64,000 nucleotides of DNA from a virus. The stretch is from positions 1 through 64,000 of the IMG/VR virus record IMGVR_UViG_3300025869_000011, one strand, 5' to 3'. Below, one piece after another: positions 1 through 8,667 of the stretch. The notes below the pieces were generated by a model, which worked only from the letters and a program-made list of their open reading frames with translations, did not search any database and was not told the DNA's origin. The position numbers and the translations under genes were made by a program. The stretch's first letter is position 1; each line of letters starts with the position of its first letter.

Positions 1-1125
1 GGAACACAAGGAACTACTGGAACACAAGGTACTACTGGAACTCAAGGAACCACAGGAACTCAAGGAACTCAAGGAACTCAAGGAACCACAGGAACTCAAG
101 GAACTACTGGAACTCAAGGTACCACAGGAACTCAAGGAACTACTGGTACACAAGGTACCACAGGAACACAAGGTATCACAGGAACTCAAGGAACTACTGG
201 AACACAAGGAACTACTGGAACACAAGGTACTACTGGAACTCAAGGAACCACAGGAACTCAAGGAACTCAAGGAACTCAAGGAACCACAGGAACTCAAGGT
301 ACTACTGGAACACAAGGTACTACTGGAACTCAAGGAACCACAGGAACTCAAGGAACTACTGGTACACAAGGTACCACAGGAACACAAGGTATCACAGGAA
401 CTCAAGGAACTACTGGAACTCAAGGAACTACTGGAACACAAGGTACTACTGGAACACAAGGTACTACTGGAACTCAAGGAACTCAAGGAACCACAGGAAC
501 TCAAGGAACTACTGGAACTCAAGGAACCACAGGAACTCAAGGTACTACTGGAACTCAAGGAACTACTGGAACTCAAGGTATTACTGGAACACAAGGTACC
601 ACCGGTACACAAGGTACCACAGGAACTCAAGGAACCACAGGAACTCAAGGAACTACTGGTACACAAGGAACTCAAGGAACCACAGGAACACAAGGTACCA
701 CCGGTACACAAGGTACCACAGGAACTCAAGGAACCACAGGAACTCAAGGTACTACTGGAACTCAAGGAACTACTGGAACTCAAGGTATTACTGGAACACA
801 AGGTACCACCGGTACACAAGGAACCACAGGAACTCAGGGTACTACTGGTACACAAGGTACTACTGGAACACAAGGTACTCAAGGTATTACTGGATCTCAA
901 GGAACTACAGGAACTCAAGGAACCACAGGAACTCAGGGTACTACTGGAACACAAGGTACTACTGGAACTCAAGGAACCACAGGAACTCAAGGAACTACTG
1001 GTACACAAGGTACCACAGGAACACAAGGTACTAATGGAACACAAGGTACTACTGGAACTGGTGCTCAAGGTACTCAAGGTACTACTGGAACTGGTGTTCA
1101 AGGAACGCAAGGAACACAAGGACCT
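1..1125 (+). repeat. 9/18-bp coding tandem repeat (ggaactcaa/ggaactact variants)
   Basis: Seen directly; includes higher-order duplications such as ~1-101 recurring at ~199-299. Confidence 0.95.
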
Positions 1126-1683
1126 TCGGGTGGTGGTGCCGGTGGATCTGTTAATAAAATAAGTGAAAATTCTGTACTGATTGACGGTCCGCAAGCTAAT
1201 TTCTGGTATGCTAAAAGCCAACCAACTGGTAATGGTCAGGGGTCGTGGAATACTTATGAGTGGGCTGCCGGTGCAAATAGTGGATCATTGCCTGCTACTT
1301 TTTCTTATATAGAATGGAGTACTCTTGCTGCCAAATCCAATATCCAAACAACTGCTTCTGCTACAGATGTTTGTTCAGTTGATTTTTCAGTTGCAGCTCA
1401 CAATACCTGGCTCGGCCGTGGGTACAATTTAACAGGTAGAGTTTATGTATTTACTACTGAATGTTCTACTACTGACGGAAGGAATCTGGCTAGCATTGCA
1501 CAATCTAATTCGTCTACGTTTACACTTTCTGAAAGTAGTAGAGTAAGTCATTTCTGTGGTAATGTTAATATAGCTAATCTTAACGTTGGTCCCGGTGATT
1601 ATATTGGTGTAGCCATTGAATTTAATACTGTTACCGCGACAACTGCGGTTGCTTTTAACTGGGCATGTTCAATAATAATTTAA
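1..1683 (+). CDS. Collagen-like (Gly-Thr-Gln/Gly-Thr-Thr) fibre protein, 5'-truncated by window, with beta-rich C-terminal domain
   Basis: Frame +1 is open from base 1 to TAA at 1681-1683. The first ~1125 nt encode GTQGTT repeats; the listed 1288..1683 ORF is its in-frame C-terminus. Confidence 0.9.
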   Translation, partial: GTQGTTGTQGTTGTQGTTGTQGTQGTQGTTGTQGTTGTQGTTGTQGTTGTQGTTGTQGITGTQGTTGTQGTTGTQGTTGTQGTTGTQGTQGTQGTTGTQGTTGTQGTTGTQGTTGTQGTTGTQGTTGTQGITGTQGTTGTQGTTGTQGTTGTQGTTGTQGTQGTTGTQGTTGTQGTTGTQGTTGTQGTTGTQGITGTQGTTGTQGTTGTQGTTGTQGTTGTQGTQGTTGTQGTTGTQGTTGTQGTTGTQGTTGTQGTTGTQGITGTQGTTGTQGTTGTQGTTGTQGTTGTQGTQGITGSQGTTGTQGTTGTQGTTGTQGTTGTQGTTGTQGTTGTQGTTGTQGTNGTQGTTGTGAQGTQGTTGTGVQGTQGTQGPSGGGAGGSVNKISENSVLIDGPQANFWYAKSQPTGNGQGSWNTYEWAAGANSGSLPATFSYIEWSTLAAKSNIQTTASATDVCSVDFSVAAHNTWLGRGYNLTGRVYVFTTECSTTDGRNLASIAQSNSSTFTLSESSRVSHFCGNVNIANLNVGPGDYIGVAIEFNTVTATTAVAFNWACSIII

Positions 1684-1685
1684 AT

Positions 1686-1889
1686 ATGAAAAGAATTGTT
1701 AGATTTATAATAGCCCTTTTTAAATACATTGTTTGGGGAGATCAGGTTACGTCTGATAAATATAATAGTAGAATATCAATATGTAATCAGTGCTCCGATA
1801 AATGCGGTAGTAAATGTTGTATATGTGGATGTTATTTAAAAAAGAAAGCAAAATGGTCAACAGAAAGTTGCCCTAAAAATAAATGGTAA
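1686..1889 (+). CDS. Small Cys-rich protein
   Basis: R-x3-CxxC...C.ICGC....K......CP..KW pattern common in phages; ATG at 1686. Confidence 0.75.
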   Translation: MKRIVRFIIALFKYIVWGDQVTSDKYNSRISICNQCSDKCGSKCCICGCYLKKKAKWSTESCPKNKW

Positions 1890-1891
1890 CT

Positions 1892-2023
1892 ATGTGTGGG
1901 TGTAATAAAAAGATTAAAAGAGATAAGCCAGTTTCCAAAGCAAAAAAAGTTTTAAGGAAAATGTGGCAAAAAAGTGAAATAGAACAAAAACCAACAAGTG
2001 TTAAGGAAATAAATAAACCATAA
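1892..2023 (+). CDS. Small basic protein (43 aa, MCGCNKK...)
   Basis: Translated manually; fills the gap between neighbours; below the ORF-track cutoff. Confidence 0.6.
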   Translation: MCGCNKKIKRDKPVSKAKKVLRKMWQKSEIEQKPTSVKEINKP

Positions 2024-2029
2024 TTAATC

Positions 2030-2206
2030 ATGTTAATGGAAAAGCCATCATGTATACAAGAATTAAAAGATTTAACTTCAAAGTTAGCTGACAGGGATAT
2101 TTCTCTCAAAGCAAGCTTTAAGCAAGTTAAGACTATTGTTGATTGTAAAAAGATGACCGCTACACAAAAAATCAAAAAAATAAAAGAACTTTGTAATGGC
2201 AAGTAA
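2030..2206 (+). CDS. Small hypothetical protein (58 aa, MLMEKPSC...)
   Basis: Translated manually; overlaps the next start codon. Confidence 0.6.
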   Translation: MLMEKPSCIQELKDLTSKLADRDISLKASFKQVKTIVDCKKMTATQKIKKIKELCNGK

Positions 2207-2525
2207 TGGTCAAAATGGATGGAATGAATATTCTAAATTAGTTATAGCTGAATTAGAAAGACTCAATGAAGGCATAAATTCCTTAAATAGTGAGATACAA
2301 GATCTAAAGAGAGAAATTACAGAAATGAAAGTAAAGGAAGATTTTGCAAAAGAACTATGGCGATGGAAAAAAGAAATAGATGAAGTTGCATCACCATCAC
2401 AATTAGATGCAACGGTTAAAGATGTTACAGAATTAAAAACATTTAAGACTCAGGCAATAACAGTATGGATCGTAGTACAGACCTTATTTGGTATGGCTTT
2501 AGCTTTAATGAAATTCTGGAAATAA
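2196..2525 (+). CDS. Coiled-coil protein with C-terminal TM helix (possible holin/lysis accessory)
   Basis: Heptad coiled coil followed by hydrophobic AITVWIVVQTLFGMALALM. Confidence 0.55.
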   Translation: MASNGQNGWNEYSKLVIAELERLNEGINSLNSEIQDLKREITEMKVKEDFAKELWRWKKEIDEVASPSQLDATVKDVTELKTFKTQAITVWIVVQTLFGMALALMKFWK

Positions 2526-2543
2526 GTAAATTTAGATATTTTT

Positions 2544-2577
2544 AAAAAAGATTTGAATTAACTTTCAAATCTTTTTT
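2544..2577 (+). terminator. Intrinsic terminator (bidirectional-type hairpin)
   Basis: aaaaaagatttgaa-ttaact-ttcaaatctttttt. Confidence 0.75.
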
Positions 2578-2615
2578 AGTTTTGTTATATTTAAATAAAT
2601 AATAAAATAACAAAT

Positions 2616-2954
2616 ATGATAAACGATTGGAATGATTCAGATCCTGATGATGGCTTTAACCCACAAGATCATGATATAGAAATGGATGAAATCGCCAAAA
2701 TGTATGCAATGGCAGATATGGAAGAAGAACAAAAAACATGGGCACGAAAACAAGCTGAGAAGTTTTATAGCGACTTTGAAAATCTTAGTATAGAAGAAGC
2801 AGTGTTTGCTGTTAAGTCTCTCATAAAAACTAAAAGTGTAACTATTACTGAATCAAATACATTATTGGATAATATGATTCAAGTATTTCAGGATGATGAA
2901 GAATATGAAAAATGTCATATTTGTTTACAAATTAAAAAAGGTATTAATGATTGA
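2616..2954 (+). CDS. Hypothetical acidic protein with C-terminal EEYEKC motif
   Basis: ORF preceded by TTGTTATATTTA early-type motif. Confidence 0.7.
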   Translation: MINDWNDSDPDDGFNPQDHDIEMDEIAKMYAMADMEEEQKTWARKQAEKFYSDFENLSIEEAVFAVKSLIKTKSVTITESNTLLDNMIQVFQDDEEYEKCHICLQIKKGIND

Positions 2955-3237
2955 ATTTGAATCAACTAATATGGACGATCTGGAAGAAGAAGCTCGTCTT
3001 AAGGCAACGGAAATTTCTATTGCAATAGTAACTGGAATCTGTAAAGGTCTTGATGAAGGTGCTGATGTAATTGCATTAGGATTTATGAAAAACTTGGATT
3101 TAGATATTAATATCAAAAGATCAAATTACCTAGATGCATTAAAATTAAATTTACCTAGAGTTGAAGATGCTGAAGAATTTGAACTATGCATGAGAGCAGC
3201 TACCTGGATTAAAAAACTTGAGTTAGAACAAGAATAG
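2947..3237 (+). CDS. Hypothetical protein with C-terminal EEFELC motif
   Basis: ATG at 2947 overlaps the upstream stop. Confidence 0.7.
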   Translation: MIEFESTNMDDLEEEARLKATEISIAIVTGICKGLDEGADVIALGFMKNLDLDINIKRSNYLDALKLNLPRVEDAEEFELCMRAATWIKKLELEQE

Positions 3238-3327
3238 GTGAGGTAGTCACACTCTATTGGTTTTACCTATTATTTTATAATTACTTTAAACCAACCTTCA
3301 TATAATCAATATAATAATAAATAAGTT

Positions 3328-3573
3328 ATGAGTTTAAGAGATGATATGAAACTGAGTTGGAAATATAATGATACACATTTTACACCTCCTAACAATCCTA
3401 TTTTAAGTAAAAGATTAGTTACTGAAAGAGTTAATACAATAAAGGATATGTTATTATTTATAGGTAGTAAAAGTGGACTACCTGATGATGATTCAGTTTC
3501 CTTGGTAATCAAAGGTATTGATATACTAATTAAAGACATCGAAGCAGATAAATTAGCACCTGGTAATCTTTAA
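3328..3573 (+). CDS. Hypothetical protein
   Basis: ORF preceded by AAAC-N18-TATAA motif (3288-3314). Confidence 0.65.
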   Translation: MSLRDDMKLSWKYNDTHFTPPNNPILSKRLVTERVNTIKDMLLFIGSKSGLPDDDSVSLVIKGIDILIKDIEADKLAPGNL

Positions 3574-3576
3574 TAG

Positions 3577-3660
3577 ATTGTTAATAACTTTTTTCATATT
3601 TAGAGAAAAAAGTCTACGAAATATTTTTTTTTCCCAATTTTTTTTATTATATTTATATAT
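3577..3660 (+). promoter_or_regulatory. Early-type promoter module (ATTGTTAATAACTTTT...TTCCCAATT-N6-ATTATATTTATA)
   Basis: Same blocks recur at 63595-63664. Confidence 0.65.
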
Positions 3661-3685
3661 AACAAATTTATAAAAACGGAAAAAC

Positions 3686-4258
3686 ATGGATAACACATTC
3701 TACAAACAAATCGGAGACTACAAAACATCAAAAGACCCAGTATTAGGTAACCTAAGATTGGTCGTCCACCTTGCCAAAAAATACCAGGGTATGGGACTAT
3801 CATTAGAGGATCTAATCCACGAAGGTACAATTGGATTATGCCAAGCAAGAGACAAATGGAACCCTGCAAAATCAAACGGTGCAAAATTCTCCACACACGC
3901 ATCATGGTGGATCAAGGCAACAATCCGCCAAGCACTAAACAACAAAAGCCGTACCATCCGCGTACCTGCTCATAAAGCCCACCTTACCGAGGAGGCTCCT
4001 AAAGTATCTGTATTGGATGCTACTTACCAAGGTTCATATCAACCTCATATTGAATCTGCTCATAATGAATCACATCTGAATCATACTATTGCAGGTTTAC
4101 TTACCAAACTAAAACCTAAGCAACAGGAAATCATCAAAATGAAATTTGGTATTGGTTGCCATGAAATGAAAACTTCTGAAATTGCTAAAGAGTTGGGATT
4201 AACTGTCCAAGCAGTAAATGGAAATATCCGTAACGCAATTAAAACTATGAAAGGTTAA
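3686..4258 (+). CDS. Compact sigma-70 family RNA polymerase sigma factor
   Basis: Region 2 NLRLVVHLAKKYQGMGLSLEDLIHEG...KFSTHASWWIK...SRTIRVP; region 4 HTH. Confidence 0.93.
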   Translation: MDNTFYKQIGDYKTSKDPVLGNLRLVVHLAKKYQGMGLSLEDLIHEGTIGLCQARDKWNPAKSNGAKFSTHASWWIKATIRQALNNKSRTIRVPAHKAHLTEEAPKVSVLDATYQGSYQPHIESAHNESHLNHTIAGLLTKLKPKQQEIIKMKFGIGCHEMKTSEIAKELGLTVQAVNGNIRNAIKTMKG

Positions 4259-4259
4259 T

Positions 4260-4769
4260 ATGATACCAAGAATAAAACTATACTCACAGGCATTAGAACC
4301 TTTACTGAAATGGTATTCCGAAAACCCGGAAGATAAAGATACTAAATATGCTATATCAAGGTTAGTAAGATTTTCATCAGATAATCCTAAGCAACATGGA
4401 ATTCCATATATGTATTCTTTAGGTGCTTTAACAGAAGCTAAGAAAATGAAAATACCTGATGCTGAAGAAAGATTACAATGGGTGAGATGGAAAGAACAAA
4501 ATCATAAAAGTGGGCTACGAGATATAGGCAGACAAAACGGTACCTTTCACCAAGAACATATTATTCCAGTATCCCAAATAGCAAAAAAGCTTTATGCTTT
4601 AGAAAAAATTACAGTTAAGAACATTCATGATATCTTAGTTAATAATCTTAAAATTGCTTGGATACTAAAAACTGAACAAAAAACATTAGATGCCGTATGT
4701 AGAAGCGGTGTAAGAACTCCAGAATTATTAACCTCCTTAGACATTCACATTAAAGGATTTAACTATTAA
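4260..4769 (+). CDS. Hypothetical protein, possible HNH-like fold
   Basis: HQEHIIP motif only. Confidence 0.5.
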   Translation: MIPRIKLYSQALEPLLKWYSENPEDKDTKYAISRLVRFSSDNPKQHGIPYMYSLGALTEAKKMKIPDAEERLQWVRWKEQNHKSGLRDIGRQNGTFHQEHIIPVSQIAKKLYALEKITVKNIHDILVNNLKIAWILKTEQKTLDAVCRSGVRTPELLTSLDIHIKGFNY

Positions 4770-4772
4770 GAT

Positions 4773-5609
4773 ATGCCAGAATTAGCAGAACTTAGATTAA
4801 CCGCCGATTATGTCAATAAAGCGGCAAGCGGATTAAAATTTGTAAACATTAAAAAGAACCCTGTTCATAAAGGAAAGGATATTGAAGTACCTTTTAAGTT
4901 CTTTAGAATATCTGCAGAGAGTAGAGGAAAGGAACTCATGCTTACAATTTCTGATAATGATTCTAGTGAAAAACGACATCTCCTAATGACAATGGGAATG
5001 AGCGGTCATTTTACCCATACTAATACCGGTAAAGAGAAGAAGCATTCTCATCTTATGTTTCTTGAAAAAGATGGAACTACATTATCATTTGTTGATGTCC
5101 GTAGATTCGGTAAGTGGAAATGGGTAGATGATTGGTCACCTAATAGAGGACCAGATCCTACTAAAGAATATGATGCTTTTACTGATAATATTATTCATAA
5201 CTTAGATAAAGCTGCATTCAATCATCCTATACACACAGTACTGATGAACCAGTCTTATTTTAATGGTATAGGAAATTATCTCAGGGCAGAAATACTCTAT
5301 CGCTTATCTTGGATTAATCCATTTGAATCAGCAAGAGAAATTTTAAAAAGAGAACCTGATATTTTTGTATTATGTAGAGATATTCCATTACAGGCATATT
5401 CATTAGGTGGCGGTCAACTCAAAGATTGGGAAAGTCCATTTAGTACAGATCCTGAGCCGCTTAGGCAATTTATGAGGTGTTATGGAAATCCTCAAATGGC
5501 AAAGAGAAAAGACAAAAATGGGAGAATGTTCTGGTATGATTCAAAATGGAATGATGAAGCATTATGGGATCATTATAGTGGCCTCCCAAATCCTTCTGCT
5601 TATATGTAA
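4773..5609 (+). CDS. nei: Fpg/Nei DNA glycosylase/AP lyase, NEIL1-like
   Basis: N-terminal PELAE, RGKEL, GMSG, FVDVRRFG, H2TH FNGIGNYLRAEILYR, zincless-finger RCYG...GRMFW. Confidence 0.93.
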   Translation: MPELAELRLTADYVNKAASGLKFVNIKKNPVHKGKDIEVPFKFFRISAESRGKELMLTISDNDSSEKRHLLMTMGMSGHFTHTNTGKEKKHSHLMFLEKDGTTLSFVDVRRFGKWKWVDDWSPNRGPDPTKEYDAFTDNIIHNLDKAAFNHPIHTVLMNQSYFNGIGNYLRAEILYRLSWINPFESAREILKREPDIFVLCRDIPLQAYSLGGGQLKDWESPFSTDPEPLRQFMRCYGNPQMAKRKDKNGRMFWYDSKWNDEALWDHYSGLPNPSAYM

Positions 5610-5640
5610 ACAAATTTACATATTAGCTATATAAAAATAA
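5608..5640 (+). promoter_or_regulatory. Middle-type promoter AAAC-N18-TATAA
   Basis: Motif recurs before 11 genes, mostly replication/metabolism. Confidence 0.65.
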
Positions 5641-5651
5641 ATCAAATACTT

Positions 5652-6146
5652 ATGGCTAATATAGATAATAAATGTAAAGATCTCGAGGTAAGAGATTACT
5701 TTTCAGAGAACGGTTATGATCATTCTAAAAACTCATTAGAAGATCTTTATTCACTTCAAGCAAAAACACAATCTATGTATTTTGAGAAACAAGGTAGAAA
5801 ACCTTTTTCTGAATTTAATATAGGAGACGTTGTTGACTTTCTTATGGTAACTAACCATGCAATCATTGATGAATTACATGAAATGATGGATGCGGTTGGT
5901 GGTATTGAAGACGGCAAAGGTAATGCTGCATGGAAACCTTGGAAATCTGCAAACCTTGAAATTAGAAATCAAAAGTTATCTGATTTATCTCCAGGTGATC
6001 TTAAAGAATTAAAAATGGAATGGGTAGACGTAATGCATTTTGTATTTAATGCAGGGTTGGCTATTGGAGTTTCTCCAAAAGAGTTCTATAATTATTATCT
6101 TTCCAAAAATGAAGAAAATTGGAATAGACAAGAAAACAACTATTAA
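5652..6146 (+). CDS. T4 gp56-like dCTPase/dUTPase (dimeric all-alpha)
   Basis: GG...WKPWK...DLSP.D..E.K.E.VD..HF...KN.EN..RQ..Y matches gp56. Confidence 0.88.
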   Translation: MANIDNKCKDLEVRDYFSENGYDHSKNSLEDLYSLQAKTQSMYFEKQGRKPFSEFNIGDVVDFLMVTNHAIIDELHEMMDAVGGIEDGKGNAAWKPWKSANLEIRNQKLSDLSPGDLKELKMEWVDVMHFVFNAGLAIGVSPKEFYNYYLSKNEENWNRQENNY

Positions 6147-6168
6147 TTATTACATATAAAAAATAAAT

Positions 6169-7575
6169 ATGCTTTTAGACATTACACAAGAAGATCGCCA
6201 ACTATGGGTATCATATTTTAATCTTGACGGTAAAACAAGATTTAAGACTTATGATCTTAAACCAGAAGATATGTTTAATTGGGAAGTATGTGATGAATCG
6301 GATCCTAATGCTGACTCTAAAATAAAAAACTGGGATGGTCGCCCAGTCAAAAAGGCAAGATCTAGGTGGTTAAATAAGTATAGGATTATTGAATACATGG
6401 ATCAACTATCTTTTTCTGATAGGGAATTAATTTTTGGTTATCATTTTCCAAGAACTTATTTTGTAGATATTGAAGTTGAGGTAACTGATTCTTTCCCTGA
6501 ACCAAGTAAAGCACCAAACCCAGTTACTACAATTTGTATTGTTACTCCAGAAAAACAATGTATTGTTTTAGCAACTAAAGATTTAGATAATCAAACTCAA
6601 ACTAAAATACAAAAACAAATCGACGAACACTTTAAAGATATCGATGATGATTTTTCATTTACTTTTAAATGTTTTAAATCTGAATATGATATGATGTCAA
6701 CTTTTATGATGTCATTTGTTCAGAAATTCCCAATGATGACAGGTTGGAATTATATAAAATTTGATTGGCAGTATATTATTAATAGGTGTAAAAAGCTTGG
6801 TGTTGATATTGGTTCGGCTTCACCTATAGGTAGAAATTTTGGAAGAGATGAATTTCCTTGCCACGTAGGTGTAATGGATTATTTAGATATTTATGCAAAG
6901 TGGGATAGAACCGTTGATATTAAAGAAGACTTTAAATTAGATACTGTAGGAGAAGCCGTAGTAGGAATTAAGAAAGTTAAATATGAAGGTACTATCCAAG
7001 ATATGTATGAAAAGGATTATCCTAAATATGTTTTCTATAATGTAATTGATACAGCATTAGTTTATCTTATTCATCAAAAGATTAAGACAATGGATATTGC
7101 ATTAACTATTGCTCATATGACTCAAATTAGTATTTTTAAAGCAGCATCACCAGTCGCAATTACTGAAGCACTATTGGCAAGAGAATTTCTAACCAGAAAT
7201 TTAGTAATGGCAAAAGATCCTAAAGCACCACCATCTAAAAGAGAGCAGTTCGAAGGAGCCTTCGTAAAAGAGCCAATAACTGGTATGCATAACGCAGTAG
7301 CTGCATTTGATTTTGCTTCTCTATATCCTTCTATAATGAGACAGTTAAATGTTTCGCCAGAAAGCTTTAAGAAAAAAGTATCACCTGAAAAAAGAAGCGC
7401 TGAAAGAGGTGAGAATAATATTGTGTCGGTTACTGGTGCTGTGTATGATACTGAAAGATCTATACTAAAGGATGTTCTTACAAGGTTATATGATCAGCGA
7501 AAAGAATATAAGAAAGAATCTTTTAGACTGCAACAAAAAGCATACGATTTGGAACAAGAACTAAAAAAGTCTTAA
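6169..7575 (+). CDS. Family-B DNA polymerase, N-terminal half (gp43A-like)
   Basis: ExoI DIEV, ExoII GWNYIKFDW, ExoIII YNVID, motif A FDFASLYPSIM; ends in the fingers helix. Confidence 0.93.
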   Translation: MLLDITQEDRQLWVSYFNLDGKTRFKTYDLKPEDMFNWEVCDESDPNADSKIKNWDGRPVKKARSRWLNKYRIIEYMDQLSFSDRELIFGYHFPRTYFVDIEVEVTDSFPEPSKAPNPVTTICIVTPEKQCIVLATKDLDNQTQTKIQKQIDEHFKDIDDDFSFTFKCFKSEYDMMSTFMMSFVQKFPMMTGWNYIKFDWQYIINRCKKLGVDIGSASPIGRNFGRDEFPCHVGVMDYLDIYAKWDRTVDIKEDFKLDTVGEAVVGIKKVKYEGTIQDMYEKDYPKYVFYNVIDTALVYLIHQKIKTMDIALTIAHMTQISIFKAASPVAITEALLAREFLTRNLVMAKDPKAPPSKREQFEGAFVKEPITGMHNAVAAFDFASLYPSIMRQLNVSPESFKKKVSPEKRSAERGENNIVSVTGAVYDTERSILKDVLTRLYDQRKEYKKESFRLQQKAYDLEQELKKS

Positions 7576-7643
7576 ATAAATAAACCACACTAAACTACTT
7601 ATGCAACTTCTGTTGCATATTTAGTCAAAAAGAAAAATTAACA

Positions 7644-8639
7644 ATGAGCAAACTTTTTACTGAGCGTATCGAATACAAACCTTTTGAATTTCCAGAATAT
7701 TATCTGGATGGTTGGTTACCACAAGCCCAAGCATTTTGGTTACATACTGAAATATCAATGCAAGGTGACTTAAAAGATTGGAATGAAAATATTAAACCTC
7801 ATGAAAAGAATTTAGTTGGAAATATTCTTTTAGGATTTGCGCAAACTGAATGTGCGGTATCTGATTATTGGACAGGAATGGTTACTAAATGGTTTCCTAA
7901 ACATGAGATAAGACAAATGGCAATGATGTTTGGTTCACAAGAAACGATCCATGCAGTTGCTTATTCATATTTAAATGAAACTTTAGGTCTTGAGGATTAC
8001 ACTGCATTTTTACATGAACCTTCAATGGCTGATAAATTTGACTTCTTAATGTCAACTAAAGCTGAGTATACTGATAAAGATTTATTAGAAAGTAAAGATG
8101 CTAGAAAGGAAGTTGCTAGGAGTCTTGCAATATTCTCCGCATTTGCTGAAGGTGTATCTCTTTATAGTTCTTTTGCTGTTCTTTATTCTTTTCAAATGAG
8201 AAATCTATTAAAAGGGATAGGCCAACAAATGAAATGGTCTGTAAGAGATGAATCATTACATTCTAAAATGGGGTGTAGGCTATTTAACCATATGTGTTCT
8301 GAGGATGAAACTTTAAGAGAAGATGTTAAAGAATCTGTATATGAAGCTGCAAAATTAATTGTAGGTATGGAACATAATTATATTGATAAGATATTTGAGC
8401 AAGGTGATATTGAAAATCTTAAAGCATATGATTTAAAGAATTTTATTTACAGAAGAACAAACGAAAAATTACAAGAACTAGGATTAGATCCAATATTTGA
8501 ATATGATGAAAAATCTGCTGATGCGTTAGATTGGTTTTATCATTTAACAGGTGGGCATACTCATACTGACTTTTTTGCAATCAGGCCAACTGATTATGCT
8601 AAAGCAGGCGAAGGTGATGATTGGGATGATATTTGGTAA
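7644..8639 (+). CDS. nrdB: Ribonucleotide reductase class I beta subunit
   Basis: ETIHAVAYS, EGVSLYSSF, RDESLH, TDFFAIRPTDY. Confidence 0.96.
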   Translation: MSKLFTERIEYKPFEFPEYYLDGWLPQAQAFWLHTEISMQGDLKDWNENIKPHEKNLVGNILLGFAQTECAVSDYWTGMVTKWFPKHEIRQMAMMFGSQETIHAVAYSYLNETLGLEDYTAFLHEPSMADKFDFLMSTKAEYTDKDLLESKDARKEVARSLAIFSAFAEGVSLYSSFAVLYSFQMRNLLKGIGQQMKWSVRDESLHSKMGCRLFNHMCSEDETLREDVKESVYEAAKLIVGMEHNYIDKIFEQGDIENLKAYDLKNFIYRRTNEKLQELGLDPIFEYDEKSADALDWFYHLTGGHTHTDFFAIRPTDYAKAGEGDDWDDIW

Positions 8640-8667
8640 TAATTAAAAACAAAAAAAATAAAACAAA

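Noticed and set aside
1-1125. CRISPR array or non-coding satellite
   Set aside because: No unique spacers; the period is a multiple of 3 and encodes an open Gly-X-Y frame
1288-1683. Independent 131-aa gene
   Set aside because: It is the in-frame C-terminus of the collagen-like ORF; the TTG start is an artefact of the window edge
7500-7575. Split intein or intron joining the polymerase halves
   Set aside because: No intein N-terminal block or His-Asn terminus and no intron-like non-coding sequence; both halves end/start in fingers helices
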